A stretch of DNA of 64,000 nucleotides, from the NCBI GenBank assembly GCA_050613775.1, contig JBODTK010000108.1, positions 248,001 to 312,000 on the forward strand, in the 5' to 3' direction. Each line of letters starts with the position of its first letter. Within the stretch, counting starts at the first letter, position 1. The notes beneath the pieces were generated by a model. It made no database searches. It saw only the letters and a list, made by a program, of their open reading frames with translations, and had not been told where the DNA came from. The stretch is from Neocallimastix sp. 'constans'. Taxonomy: Eukaryota. This document shows, in pieces, positions 1 through 14,077 of the stretch. The position numbers and the translations under genes were made by a program.

Positions 1-116
1 TATCACATTTATTTTATTATTATTGTTGTTTTTTATTGTTATTAGTATTATTTTATTTATTTAATTACTATATTTAAAAAAAAAAAAAAGCTTATATATA
101 TATATATATATATTAC

Positions 117-848
117 CTGACTTCCTTTACAATGACAAGGCGAAATTAATTTATCAATGTAGTATGAAACATCTTCTGGAATACGATTCAATAAAATGTA
201 TTTCTTTTTATATTGTTTAATTTTATTTTGATTTATCCACCACATTTTTTGAATATTTTTTTGAACATTAAATATAAAATTTAACTTATTTTTCTTATAA
301 TAAAATGTTTTTTGAATTTTTTCCATTCTTATTTTTATTGGATATATGAATTTATCATACATTTTATAGGAAAGCGGCTGATCCTTAATTTTTTTCTCAA
401 AACTTGAAAATTTATTGCAGAGCGAATGTTTAATTTTCTGCTTTTGATTTTGAAATATTTTTTGATAAGAATCTTCATGATCTTCATCATTATCATTAAT
501 ATCTAAATTTCTGAAAAATTCATCTAAACTCATATATGAAGTTCTTAAAATATTTCTTTCTTTCTCCATTCCTATATTTGATTTATTATCATTATATGTA
601 TGGAAGAAATTACCAGAATTTGCTTTTCTTAATGGAATATCCAATGAATCACTTCTTTTAATAGATTTTTCTGGAATATTTAAACAACTTAGACTATTAC
701 TATTTCTTAATATAGTACCACTAAATATCGTTTTATCAATGATTGTATTCATATCACTTTTATTATTATTATTATTATTATTAGTAGTAGTAGTATTATC
801 AAATATATTGTTATCATCATCATCAATACTATTACTATTGCTATTATA

Positions 849-887
<39 letters not shown>

Positions 888-1721
888 TCCATTTTCTATC
901 TGTTCATTATTAATATTTCTATTATTAATACAATTCTTATTTAACACATTTGATTTTTCACAGTATTCAATATTATTTGTTTCATAACATTGCTCAATAC
1001 CTATCGTTTCATTTTGTTCATTATCTGACTTTTCATTATTTATATTTTGTTCATTATCTAATTTTTCATCATTAATATTATGCATATCATGTAACATTTC
1101 ATTATTCATATTTTGTACATTACTTAATTTTTCATTATTTAGAGTCTCGGTACAATTATCATTATTAAGAAGATTCTTTCTTTGGGAATAGGACATCTCA
1201 GAAAGATAGGCTTCATCTACATCCTCATTATATTTAAAAAATGATTTATTATAATATAAGAAAGGATTTTTCCATAAATCTACGAAAAACAAATTTCGTG
1301 TCATCCAATAAATCCATTTAGGAATGATAGAAATATAAATGAAAAAACGAATCATTGAATTATAATAATTTTCTATAGTACATAAAAAATCATCCTTATT
1401 ATTTTCATAATAGTAATCATATATACACTTTTTAATGATATTACTATCTACCTTTTTCAAACGTTCCCATAATTTTATATTATTTTCAAAATCATTATGA
1501 TCTGTTAAAAATTCTTCATCTTTAATATTATCTTTATCATCATCACAGTTATTATCATCAGAATTTTCGCCATCATTATCTTTTATACATTTTTCTTTTT
1601 GTTCTATCTCTGATTGTTTAAAAATTTTCTGTAATAAATAGTTATCAAATAAATATAACTTATCTGATAAACATATACGACATATTTTCTTTTCAGTTTC
1701 ATTTAACTCGGTTTTACACAT
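117..1721 (-). CDS. First exon of a RING-CH (RINGv/MARCH-type) E3 ligase-like protein; gene continues off the left edge
   Basis: 535 stop-free codons from ATG at 1721. N-terminal CRICL and C-terminal LISPCHCKGSQ are the first two ligand motifs of RING-CH. Donor CAG|GTAATA at 116-115; the ORF-track tail (VIYIYI...) is intron read-through. Confidence 0.7.
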
Positions 1722-1742
1722 TTTTTTAATGTTTTTATTTTA

Positions 1743-1778
<36 letters not shown>

Positions 1779-3939
1779 TGTTTGTTTGTTTTTATAGACT
1801 TCTGAACTTATATATATATATATTTATTTACTTATTTATATTTTTATGTTTAATTTTTAAATATTTTTTTTATTTCTTTTATTTTTATAGAATGCTTTTA
1901 AATTTATAAATTTGATTAATTTTTTAATTTATTTTTATCTATTTTGATATAAAACTATTTAATATAATATTCTTTCTTCTTATATAACTATAAAGATGAT
2001 ATACTTTTATTTTTTTAATTTGATAGTATCGTTAAAATATCATATATATTTTATAACAAAATATTTACTAATTAAAATAAAGACGATAGTATTATTAATA
2101 GTTTTTTTTTTTTTTTTTTATTTTATTTTATTTTATTTTATTTTTTTTTATTTTTTTTTTTTTTTTACTTTTTTTAAATACAGGTATAAAAATATAAAAA
2201 TGAATAATGTTAACAATATTATATTATATAACTTAAATATTATATCATTACTGTTTCTAATAACATTTTTTGTTCTTTTTTATATACTATTATATACAAA
2301 ATTTTTTTATATATTATCTACAAAAAAAAAAAAAAAAAAAAAAAATTCAATAATAAAACTTTTGTATCTTTTTTTTTTTTTTTTTTAATTTGACTTTTAA
2401 TTTAAAAATTTTAATAGTGTTGTATAATCCCTAGTATTTGTTTTTATTAATAATTTTTACGTTTTATTGAAATTTTAATTTAAGATAATGAGTTTATAAT
2501 TAATTTGATATTTTATTTTTATAGAAATTTTGTTATTTTTATAATAATAATAAAACTATTAAATATAATATTTTATTTATTTATATATAAAATAATTTAC
2601 AGTTTATTTTTTTTTTTTTTGTTTTTTTTACAATTAAAATTTATTATTATTAATTTGATTTTAATATCTTATTATTATTTTATTGACAATTCTATTTAAA
2701 AAATAATAATAATAATAAATATAAAAACTTATTAACTGAATTGAAATTAGAATTTAAAAATATTTAAAAAATTAATATAAATATGGTTTGTTACCCGATA
2801 AGTCATGTTGTATGGTACAATAATAATATTTTTTTTTTTTTTAGTATATCAATATATCATAAAAGGAATTAAAGTTTTTATGGTTTCCTATGTATTAGTT
2901 TTTCTTTTTTATTTAAACATTTTATTCAATAATAAAAATAAATAAATAAAATAAAATAAAATAATTATATAAAATATAAAATATTGATTGATTATTATTA
3001 TATAATAATAATATAAAAAGTTTTAAAAAATTCTATTTGATTTATTATAAGAACCGATTCTTAATTCTTAATGCTTTTTTAATTTATTTGAAAAAATACA
3101 AATGAAATAAATATAATGAAATCGAATTTATATTCTCAACTTAATAAGTTTATTATAATAATTAATAATATTAATAAAAATAATAATAAAGTTAGGGATA
3201 AACTGAAAAAATATTTTAAATAAAAAACATGAATAATTCTAACTTTCAAAATTAAAATGAACTTTATATTGCTAAATTTAAAATTTTCACTATTTATATT
3301 AATATATATGTATATTATTATTTATTTATTTATTATTATTATTTATTTATTTATTATTATTATTTATTATATATTATTATTATTTATTATTTATTATTAA
3401 TTTTTATTAGTATTATTGTTATTTGAAGTTATGTATATAATAATTATTGATGCACGTGATACGCATAAATCTAATGTGTTACAAATGATGGGGGTTGCAT
3501 TACGCCAATTTTCACGTGATATATATAAATATGTGGCTATAGATATTTTATGCTACATAATATTATTTTATTGTATTATTTTGTTATTTCAAATTTTAAA
3601 TTAATTATTAAGTGAATAATTAAATAAATCATATAATGGTTAGATTTTATGATTTTAATTCTTTTATTTAAATGCTATTAATAAAAAAATTATATAAAAA
3701 TATAAATGTTATTAAAAATATAAATATTATTAATAATAATTCTTTTATTTACATGTTATTAAAAAAAATAATAATTATAATGATAAAATTATTAATTATA
3801 GAGACGTATTTAAATATTTATATAAACTGTATAAATTTAATAAGCTTTATAAATTAAATTTTTGAATGACAGAATTCTGATTATTTCGTTTGGTTATTCC
3901 TCATTTTTTAATTATTTATTATAAAATAATATTTATATT

Positions 3940-4850
3940 ATATTATTTAAATCAGTTAAACAATCAAACCACAAATTAATAGTATTATTTCTATCACATT
4001 TAGCATTTAGTATCAATTAACTTGGTTTCAATATTTTTGTAGCGTTCAATTAAGACACTGATTTCATTAGCTTTATTTATTGCTCTCTTTTTTATTTTCT
4101 AAATTCCTCTTATTTTTCTTTGATAATCATAATATGGTAAATGTTCAAGTTCATTTAATTTATCTATTAATTTACAATAAGATGGTATTGTTAGAAATAA
4201 ATTATTTAAATAACTATTGATTCTGCAATTATAATATTATTGCTACATGTATTAGCAATTTTTTTTTTAATTTTTTAAATATTTTATATATTTCTTGTTC
4301 TTTATTTTGTAATATTGCAAAAGAAGTAGTTTAAAAACTATCTAATTCTTTAGTGTAAGTTCTTGTAATAAATATTTGATAACTAAATTTAGGGGCAATA
4401 AAAAATGTACCATCAACAAATATATCATCATTATATTCCCTAAATAATTTTACTTGAAAAGGAGATTGAAAAATTATTAAATTAATATTTTTTGAATATC
4501 ATAAAATTTTCACCTCACTTTGTTTTATAATATTTAGATTCATTAGGAATTTCAGCAAATGTTGTTACATTGGATGGTAGTTTTTATTTAAATTTCTTGA
4601 TATTTGGGATTTAATTGAATTATATTCTGAACATATAAATCTCATTTCCTTAGAAATTTTATTATATAGGGGTTTTATTTTTATACCATAAGGAATTGAA
4701 CTTTTTTTCAATTCCATCTTTAATTTTATGTTTCATTATAGATAGAGATACATCGTATTCTTTTTCAGGATGATTATGTGAACTATCATATTTTAAGATT
4801 TCTTTCTTATCATTTAAAATAATAAAAGATTTACATTTATTTCTGTACAC
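3940..4850 (-). pseudogene. MULE transposase pseudogene (frameshifts, in-frame stop, probable internal deletion)
   Basis: Minus-strand pieces: NKCKSF...SSHNHPE (zinc-binding HNH), KYYKTK*GENFMIF, NDDIFVDGTFFIAPKFSYQIFITR (first Asp of DDE, DGTF motif), and a frameshifted NNI..AES.NSYLNNLF (third acidic residue region). The middle of the DDE domain appears to be missing. Confidence 0.8.
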
Positions 4851-5131
4851 TAATATATAAAATAAAATAAATATTTATCATTATTTTTATTAAAGAATAT
4901 TAAAGACAATTTATTTTTAAAAATAAAATGTTTTATTTAATTATATATGTTAGAAAGCAAAAAAATCATTTATATTTAATGAAATTATTAGCAAACAATA
5001 ATATTGTTTTATATATTAAATTACATCATCAATTGAATACAATAAAAATGTAAAAAATTTTCATTTCTAAAACATTGATCTGTAATATTCTTTAATAAAA
5101 AATTATTAGATATTTATTTTATTTTATTTTA

Positions 5132-5535
5132 TTCAATTTGTACTTTATATTCATATTTCTACTATTTATTTTATTTTATTTTATTTTATTTTATTTTATT
5201 TTATTTTATTTTATTTTATTTTATTTTATTTTATTTTATTTTATTTTATTTTATTTTATTTTATTTTATTTTATTTTATTTTATTTTATTTTATTTTATT
5301 TTATTTTATTTTATTTTATTTTATTTTATTTTATTTTATTTTATTTTATTTTATTTTATTTTATTTTATTAAATCTGAACTTTATATTCATATTTCTACT
5401 ATTTATTTTATTTTATTTCATTTTATTCTATTTTATTTTATTTTATTTTATTTTATTTTATTTTATTTTATTTTATTTTATTTTATTTTATTTTATTAAA
5501 TCTGTACTTTATATTCATATTCTACTATTTATTTT
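5132..5535 (-). repeat. (TTTTA)n array with three copies of a ~35-bp core
   Basis: Cores at about 5132-5168, 5369-5405 and 5496-5531, separated by pure TTTTA runs. Confidence 0.9.
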
Positions 5536-6643
5536 TATTTTATATACTTATTACATTCATTATTTATTTATTTATTTGTTTATTTATTTATACATTTATT
5601 TTTTTTACATATAATTTTATTAAAATTTTTATGGCGTTAACAAAAAATTTTACAAGCCATTAAAAATAAATGGCGTATTGAAAATTTGTATTATAAAAAT
5701 TGGCGAAATGAACTACATTCCAAATGATGAATTACATATAATGATGAATGGCTAAATACATATAATGATCAATGTAATACTTTATGATTAATAAATTTGT
5801 TTTTTTTTTTTGTTTGTTATTATAATTATTATTATTAGTATTATTATTAGTAGTAGTAGTATTAATTATCATAATTATTATAATTATTATGATTATTATG
5901 ATTATTATTATCATAATATATCCAACTTTCATTTTAATTATTTTTTAATTAAAAGCTATAATATATAGTTCTGTTTATTATTAAAAATAATAAACACATA
6001 AAGTGATGTTTCTAAAAATTTTTGGAAAAATTATAATCATATAATATGAAATACTTTAATGGTAAAAATGTGGTCTTTAAAATTATGGAATAATTATAAT
6101 AATAAGGTATAAATGTAATGCTTATTTCATTTGTTTTTATTATTATTATTATAAAAAATGCAGTATAGTATAATTTTGTTTATTTATTATTTTTTTTTTA
6201 AAAAAATAAATAAAAGTTTGTATATAAAGTATGTTTATACAAATCTTATATAATTTAAATTTATTATATTTTTTAAAATTAAAGAATATTTAATATAATA
6301 GAAAAAATATGAAATAAAAAAAAAAATAAATATATAAATATATAAATAAAAAATAAAAATAAAAATAAAAATAAAAAAATAAAATAAAATAAAGAATAAA
6401 TTAACATTAAAATTAAATAAATAAAATGTAATATATAAGATTAAAATTAAAATTAAATAGAATAAATGAAAAAAAAGTATATGATAATGAATAAATCTAT
6501 AATATATATATATATATATAATGAATAACTTTTATTGTTATTCAAAATAAATATATAAAAATAAATAAAACATTTTAATTATTATTAAATATTTTTTTAG
6601 CTTGTTAATTATACGTATCCCAATATTAATAGTTTTTGAAGCC

Positions 6644-6733
<90 letters not shown>

Positions 6734-6778
6734 AATTCTCTTTTTTTTTTTTCTAGAAAAAAATATTAGTCATATTGA

Positions 6779-7617
6779 CTATAACGAATGATGTTTTATT
6801 AAATTATCTAATATAATATTTCTTTCTAATTTTAAACGTGACACCTGACGATAATTGCATTGATATTCCTCTTCTAATATCATATTTTCTTGTAAAGAAT
6901 GACGATATTTTGCTTTTAATTCACGATACAATTCTTTATAGGATTTTGATGATGATGATGATGAATTTGAAATATGAATGTTTATTATATTTTTTGATTT
7001 ATTACTACGATGTGATTTATTATGGCTTGAATGTTTATATTCTTCTTTTATTATGGATTTTTTATCTAAACTAATTTTGTTTTTACTACCTGTTTTCGAT
7101 GAACTTATTGAAGATGAATTATGATCTGATATTAAGGAATATTTATTATTTGTACTACTAGCTCTTTTTTTTGAAGAATGTGGTGTATCATTATCTTCAT
7201 CTCTTTTTCGTTTTGTAAATTTCGAATCAGTATTACATTTTTTCTTATGTTTACTTAAAGCATCTGATCTTTTAAATTTTTTATGACAGTATTCACATTC
7301 AAAAGGTTTTTCATCTAAATTTATAAATGAATTATATTTTTATAATATAATTACAAATTAATTAATATTATTATTTTTTTATTTTTTAAAATAGTTTCAA
7401 ATATATTAATAAATTACTTTATAAAAAAAATAATAAAGTTATTATATATATTATATTTATATACCTGTATGAATTCTAACATGATTTCTTAATGCAGCTT
7501 TATTTCCTATAATATTTATTATATATTATAATTTAAATATAATTTTAGTTACTATTAGTTATTGTAAAATGTTATTTGCTTATGATATAATAAAATATAT
7601 ATATTTAAATATAAAAG

Positions 7618-7653
<36 letters not shown>

Positions 7654-7769
7654 TAATACTAATATTAAATCTATTTATTATTATAAATTCTAATACTAAC
7701 CATTTGGCTATATATATATATATAAATCATTTAAATTACAATTAAAAATAATTAAAGTACAATTGAATC

Positions 7770-7833
<64 letters not shown>

Positions 7834-7963
7834 TGTAAATTTTAAATATTAAAGTAAATATATTTATAATATATATTAATAAATTTTACCATAATTTTTC
7901 CTTTTTTTTTTTTTTTCGTTAAAATTTTAAGTAGTATATTTAAATTTTATATTAAATAAATTA

Positions 7964-7994
<31 letters not shown>

Positions 7995-8562
7995 ATACCT
8001 TATTTATTCTCTGACAACCTTTCCATAAGCAAGCAAATTCTGAATCTTTAGTTGTATTTTCTATATGTTCTTTATTTAAATGTTCTATAAAATCATCAAA
8101 ATTTTCATATCTATTATAACAATCATCCCATTCACAGGTATATATATTATCTCCTTCTTCATTTTTAATTGTTTTATTTTTACTCTTACTTTTATTCTTC
8201 ACTGTTTCTTGCTCATTATCATTATTATCATTTTTATTTATTCCCTCTGAATTTCCCTTTTCATTATCACTTTCTTGTCCATTATTTTGTTTTTCATCTG
8301 TTATTTCGTCATATTCTCCCTCAATTTGTTCATTATCAATTTCTATATCCTTTTCATTATTATCTTCAGAAAAAATATTATCCACTTCATGACTTGCATC
8401 AAAATGTGAAGCTTCACTTTCTAATGAATATTCTGTGACAACTTCAGATGGTAAATTATCATTTCCATTTACATTATCTTTTACATTTTCTTGATCTTCA
8501 TTATTATCATAAGATGATATATTATCTTTACCAAAGGTATCTTCTTTCATATTTAAAACCAT
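6779..8562 (-). CDS. C2H2 zinc-finger protein resembling INO80 subunit Iec1 (GLI/PacC-like fingers plus C-terminal coiled coil), ~382 aa
   Basis: Exons 8562-7999, 7707-7701, 7506-7465, 7314-6779, all GT-AG, total 1149 nt. Spliced: CEWDDC..HLNKEH..CLWKGCQRINKPNGNKAALRNHVRIHTDEKPFECEYCHKKFKRSDALSKHKKKC...LKAKYRHSLQENMILEEEY..RLKLERNILLDNL. Zinc-finger call is firm; Iec1 orthology is recalled similarity. Confidence 0.8.
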
Positions 8563-9075
8563 AACAATAAATATTTTATTATTTAAGCATGTATAAATTA
8601 TAATAATTATATATTTGTTTTTTTTTTTTTATTATAAAAATAATAAAATTAAAATAAAGTAAAAAAAAAATGGTTTAGTTTAACAAACAATTTATTTCAA
8701 ATATATAAATTTTTAGTTTTAAATATATAAATATAATCTGTTTTGTAATAATTTAAATTACGATTTTATTAACTTTTTTAAAAAATAATAAAAAATAATT
8801 ATAAAAATTTTAAGTAAAAAATAAAACCATCTTTGCATAAAAAAATTTTTTTTTTTTTTCTATTAAAGTTTTATTCTTTATTATAATTACTTTCTTTTCT
8901 ATCTACTATTCATAATAAAAAAATTTATTAAAAAATTTTTTTCTATTTGTACATAAAGTATTCTTTTTTTATGTTTTTTGGTTTTTATACATTTTTTTTT
9001 TTTTTTTCAGACAAAATGCACTTCTGTTACTTAATATTACTATATAAATTATTTAGGTTTTTTTTATAAAATATA

Positions 9076-9181
<106 letters not shown>

Positions 9182-9597
9182 TATTATTATTATTTTAATC
9201 ATAATAAAATTTTAGTCATAATAACATTTTAACCCAATTTAATATTACTACATCTTCTACTATTCTGATATGTATTTATCTTATATATAGGCTTTATTAA
9301 AAAAAATTTTTTAATCAAAGAATCTATGTAATTTTCTTGAGATAAAAATCTTTTGATTACATCAACAATGGTTTTATTATTCATTCATCAAAGATTTATA
9401 AAAAAAAAAAAAAAAAAAAAATTAATAAAATATATTTATATACTCATTTTTTGATGGAACTTAAACTTTATATTAGTTTCAGTTTGATTCTGGAGGGAGG
9501 GTGGAAACATAGAAAGAATTTATGCTAGCAGCTTTTCCTAATAGAGTTCTGAATTTAATATTTAGTATATAGTCAATTCATCTGACTTTCCAACAAT

Positions 9598-9631
9598 GTA
9601 GTCATAAGTAGCTTGAGCTACTTATGACTAC
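9598..9631. repeat. Perfect 16-bp inverted repeat
   Basis: GTAGTCATAAGTAGCT-TG-AGCTACTTATGACTAC. Confidence 0.95.
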
Positions 9632-10260
9632 TACAATGTTATATATTTTGAATGGATACAGTAGAAAAAACACATAACTATTAGTACTATTGATCTTTCT
9701 TGTAAATTATTAAATTCCCAATAAAAAAAAATATTAGAAAAAAAAAAAAAAAATCAATAATAATAATAGATAAAATAAAATCAATTTTTAATAATTGAAT
9801 AAAAATGATTACAATAAATTTTTTATAATATATAATAATATATATATATATATATTTTCTAATATTTATTATTTAATATTATAATTTTTTAATGTTCTAT
9901 TGATTATCCTTATCATTTATATTTCTTCTAGCATAAAACTTTTAATAATAACTACCCTTTTTAATTTTATTATTTAATGAAAACTTTATATATACTAAAC
10001 ATATTTTCAACATATGCATAAATGTTAAACAAATTATAAAGATAAATTTTTTTTTATTATTTTTATTTTTTAATGAAAATACATTCTAAAAAAAAAAAAA
10101 ATAAAAAAATAAAAAAATAAATGATAAAATATTAATAATATAAATTAATGAATTTAAAATAAATATTATATAGTAATACATAATTTATATATATTTATTT
10201 TTTATTAATATTCATTTATATTTTTTTATTTTATTTTAATTATTCTATTCTATTTTATTA

Positions 10261-10318
<58 letters not shown>

Positions 10319-10353
10319 TATTAATTTATTTATTTATCTATTTATCTATTTAT

Positions 10354-10628
10354 TTAAATAATTCTTGTATCAAAAACTTTTTGTCTAATGCCCTGGGTAT
10401 TTTTATATCTTTCAATACAAACATCAAAAATATTGCCACATAATATGGTTCGTGAATGAGTTAATGTTAACTTTTTATTTTCATTAACACAATAATTATC
10501 AGATACAGTTTTAAACACCCATAATTTTTTTAAACGTGATTTTAATTCTTCAAAATCTTTTGGATTCTTTAAATCTGTTGCTGGTAAACCAAGAAATTCG
10601 GACTAAATATATATATAGAAAATATATT

Positions 10629-10660
<32 letters not shown>

Positions 10661-11046
10661 TTATGAAAATTATTTTTATTTAAATATTAAATATAAAAGA
10701 TGAATATAATATAAAAATAAAACATCAAAATAATATATATATATATATATAATAAAAATAACTATTATTATTATAATAACTTACTTTATCTATTTCAAAA
10801 ATAATAATTGGAAGAAAACATTTACTATTATCTTCAACTAATAATGAAAATAAAAATGCATATTTTATCTTAGCACCTGTGGATTTACATCGATTGCAAC
10901 AAACTAAACTATTGTCCATTGATTTTTCGAACCTATTAAGAAAAAAATTTTTTTATATTCCATCATTAGTTTTATTTGTACTGAATATTAAATAAATTTA
11001 TTAATGATAATTAATTATAAAATAATCAAACAAACAAACAAACAAA

Positions 11047-11090
<44 letters not shown>

Positions 11091-12011
11091 TAAAATAAAA
11101 TAAAATAAAATAAAATAAATAGTAGAATATAAATATAAGCACAGAGTGAATAAAATAAAATAAAATAAATAGTAGAATATAAATATAAGCACAGATTGAA
11201 TAAAATAAAATAAAATAAAATAAATAGTAGAATATAAATATAAGCACAGATTGAATAAAATAAAATAAAATAAAATAAAATAAAATAAAATAAAATAAAA
11301 TAAAATAAAATAAAATTAATAGTAGAATATAAATATAAGTACAGATTGAATAAAATAAATAAAATAAAATTAAATTAATTAAATTAAATAAAATAAAATA
11401 AAATAAAATAAAATAAAATAAAATAAAATAAAATAAAATAAAATAAAATAAATAAAAAAAAATTAAAAATAAAAATAAACAAAAATAAAAAATAAATAAC
11501 TTACGTTTTTTTACATACAGTACAATACGGTCTAGTAAAATTTACTATTTTTCGTGGTATATAATCAACAACTCTAACTCTACATCTATATTTATTTGGT
11601 ATCTATATTATTTATTTATTAAATTAATAATAGATAAATAAGGAAATAAAACTAGTATTAATAATGATAATAAAACTATATAAATAATTTCTTAATCTTA
11701 AATAAAAAATAGTATTATATTATATTTCATTATAATACATTTTTAGACTTCAATATTGTTTTTATATTTGTGATTGGCATATTAAAATGTTCAATGTCTA
11801 TTTTTTAAAAATAATTAAGTTGAATAATTAGTATAATTTATATATATAATTAATTATTTCTAGTTATATATAATGATAAGATTTCTATAAGTATGTAATA
11901 ATAATAATTAATATATTTACGAGTAACTTTTAAAGGTCTTATAAACACTATAGAACGAATAAAAAATTAATATTATATAAGTATTTATGAAATAAAATAA
12001 AAAGAAAAACG

Positions 12012-12051
<40 letters not shown>

Positions 12052-14077
12052 ATTATTATTATAATTATTTAATAAAATTAAATAAATTAAGTTTTAAGCG
12101 AATTATATTTACTTTGATTAGGAAGTTGATTAATTAATGATGAATGTCTATTATTATCATTATTACTATTAGTATTACTGGTATTATTTGTATTATTTGT
12201 ATTATTAATATTATTAGTATTATTATAAATATTAACATTATTAATATTATCAGCGTTATTAGTATTAATAATATTATTAGTATTTTTTGTATCATTAGCG
12301 TTATGATTATCATTTTGAATATTTTTTATAGGTGAACTTATAAATAAATTTTTATTGGTTTTGATATTTTTTTTAGGAGTAGAGGTTTTAATTTCGCCTG
12401 AATTGATTAAATTACGAAGACCTTCTGAAATCAATAATGAATCATCAATAGATGTATTACTATGATCATTTATTGCTTTACTAATTTGAGGAGAAGGAGG
12501 AGATGATGATATTTTCATATGATTTCTTAAAAATATTTCTTTATTTCTTATATTTATACATTTATATTTTAATATATATATATACATTGTTAAAATATAA
12601 ATAATTACAATCAATAAAACAAAAAAAAAAAAAAATAAAAATAAAAAATAAAGTCCAGAAAATTATTATATAATATTAATTAATATTTACTTTTTTATTA
12701 TTTCAATATTGGGATTATTTTGTTCTAATACAAAAAGAGAATTTCCATATTTATTATTATTACCATGAATTACCCCTTCAATAGTGTTATTATTAAATTT
12801 TACACTTAAATTTCTTATATAAAGATAATCTCCTTCATTAAATTTTTTTATTTCCACAGAATATTCATCCCTATATTATATATATATATATATAATGAAT
12901 GAATAAATGAGTAAAATAAAATATATTATTACTATTCTTACCAAAAAATGCATTGTAAATATATTTTTGCATGAATTTCAGCATCTTCGTGAAATACTTT
13001 CTCTCTAATAATCACACATTGTTATTAAAAAAAAAAAAAAAAATTATTATTAATATTATTAAAATTTTAATATGAAATATTTATAATTTATTACTATTAA
13101 ATATTTTTACTCTAATAGTTCATTCTCAGTATAATCCGTAATTAATACAGTTGTATAATTAGAGCTACTATATAAAATCCTTACAAGCTTTAATAAATTC
13201 ATAAAATATAATATTATAAAATATTAAATATCTTCAAAAATATATAATCATTCTTATAAAATTATTACTAAAATATATTAATTAAAAAATATAGAAAAAC
13301 TAAATTTTCAAAAATATTAATGATAAAGAAATATATATATGTATGTATGTATATACTTGTCCATAAATATCAAAATATTTCGAATCTTTCTTTATTTGAG
13401 ATACATTAAGCTTATACGATGATTTTTTAAAATTAAAATTATTAGTGATATTAATTTCATTTCGTCTCCACCAATCTCGATATTCATCTACAATAGCTTC
13501 TTCAAAATCATACTTATTCTGTAATTTAATTTTTGGGTAAATTTTAAACTTAGATGTTATATTGGATATTATTTGAATTTTCTCATTATGTTTTTGTACC
13601 TTTAAAATTTATATATAAATTACAAAATTATTTATACCCTTCATTTTTTCATTTTTTTATTTTATTATTTTTTTATATACATTCTAAGCAAATAACATAA
13701 TATGAAGTGTACTTTAACATTTTTGCATAAAATAATTTCACCTATTTCTTGTATATTAGGAAAGGAATTATAATCAGGATGAAATATCAATAATTTAGTA
13801 ACCTTAAAATTTGAATAAGGATCCATTAATGACACAATTTGATAAAAATCTTTATATATATATATAAACATTAATATAACAAATAATGGAAAAAAAATAA
13901 TAATATTCATTTAAAATGAATATAAATACATATATATAGTTTAAAAAAAAATACATTTATATATATACCTGTTCTTCTTGAACTTTTGGGATTTGAATAA
14001 TCAGATATTATTCCAAAACAAGTTGCATATTGACCAGGTATTAACTGAGTTAACTTTTTGATATCTTGAATTAACAT
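10354..14077 (-). CDS. POT1: Protection of telomeres 1 (OB-fold telomere ssDNA-binding protein), ~607 aa
   Basis: 12 GT-AG exons: 14077-13969, 13849-13713, 13599-13357, 13187-13111, 13004-12942, 12870-12691, 12546-12113, 11947-11921, 11797-11739, 11602-11505, 10932-10785, 10602-10354; total 1824 nt, phases consistent. Motifs: VSLMDP..KLLIF..FPNIQEIGEII (OB1), LITDYTEN..LQCIFWDE (OB2), PNKYRCRVRVVDYIP, CTVC/CNRC zinc ligands, terminal VFDTRII. Confidence 0.85.
11090..11460 (+). repeat. (TAAAA)n array with four copies of the ~35-bp core, inside POT1 intron 10
   Basis: TAAATAGTAGAATATAAATATAAG(C/T)ACAGA(T/G)TGAA at 11116, 11166, 11221 and 11316. Confidence 0.9.

Larger units (their letters stand above)
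3491..5720 (-). mobile_element. Defective Mutator-like (MULE) DNA transposon
   Basis: Direct repeat CAAATGATG at 3482-3490 and 5721-5729 (9-bp TSD). Imperfect TIRs GGGGTTGCATTACGCCAATTTT and (reverse complement) GAATGTAGTTCATTTCGCCAATTTT. Encloses transposase remnants. Confidence 0.8.

Noticed and set aside
1996..2699. F/I/L/Y-rich ORFs 1996-2388 and 2505-2699
   Set aside because: Translations of poly-T and AT-rich promoter-region DNA with no motifs.
5138..5614. 158-aa ORF of FILFY repeats
   Set aside because: Translation of the (TTTTA)n microsatellite.
8169..8438. Plus-strand ORF (likewise 6838-7074, 12144-12335, 38140-38355, 46455-46664, 48274-48552, 49543-49833)
   Set aside because: Antisense or alternate-frame shadows of real exons.
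11116..11350. CRISPR-like array of ~35-bp repeats
   Set aside because: The spacers are just variable-length TAAAA runs, the array sits in a eukaryotic intron, and there are no cas genes in the window.
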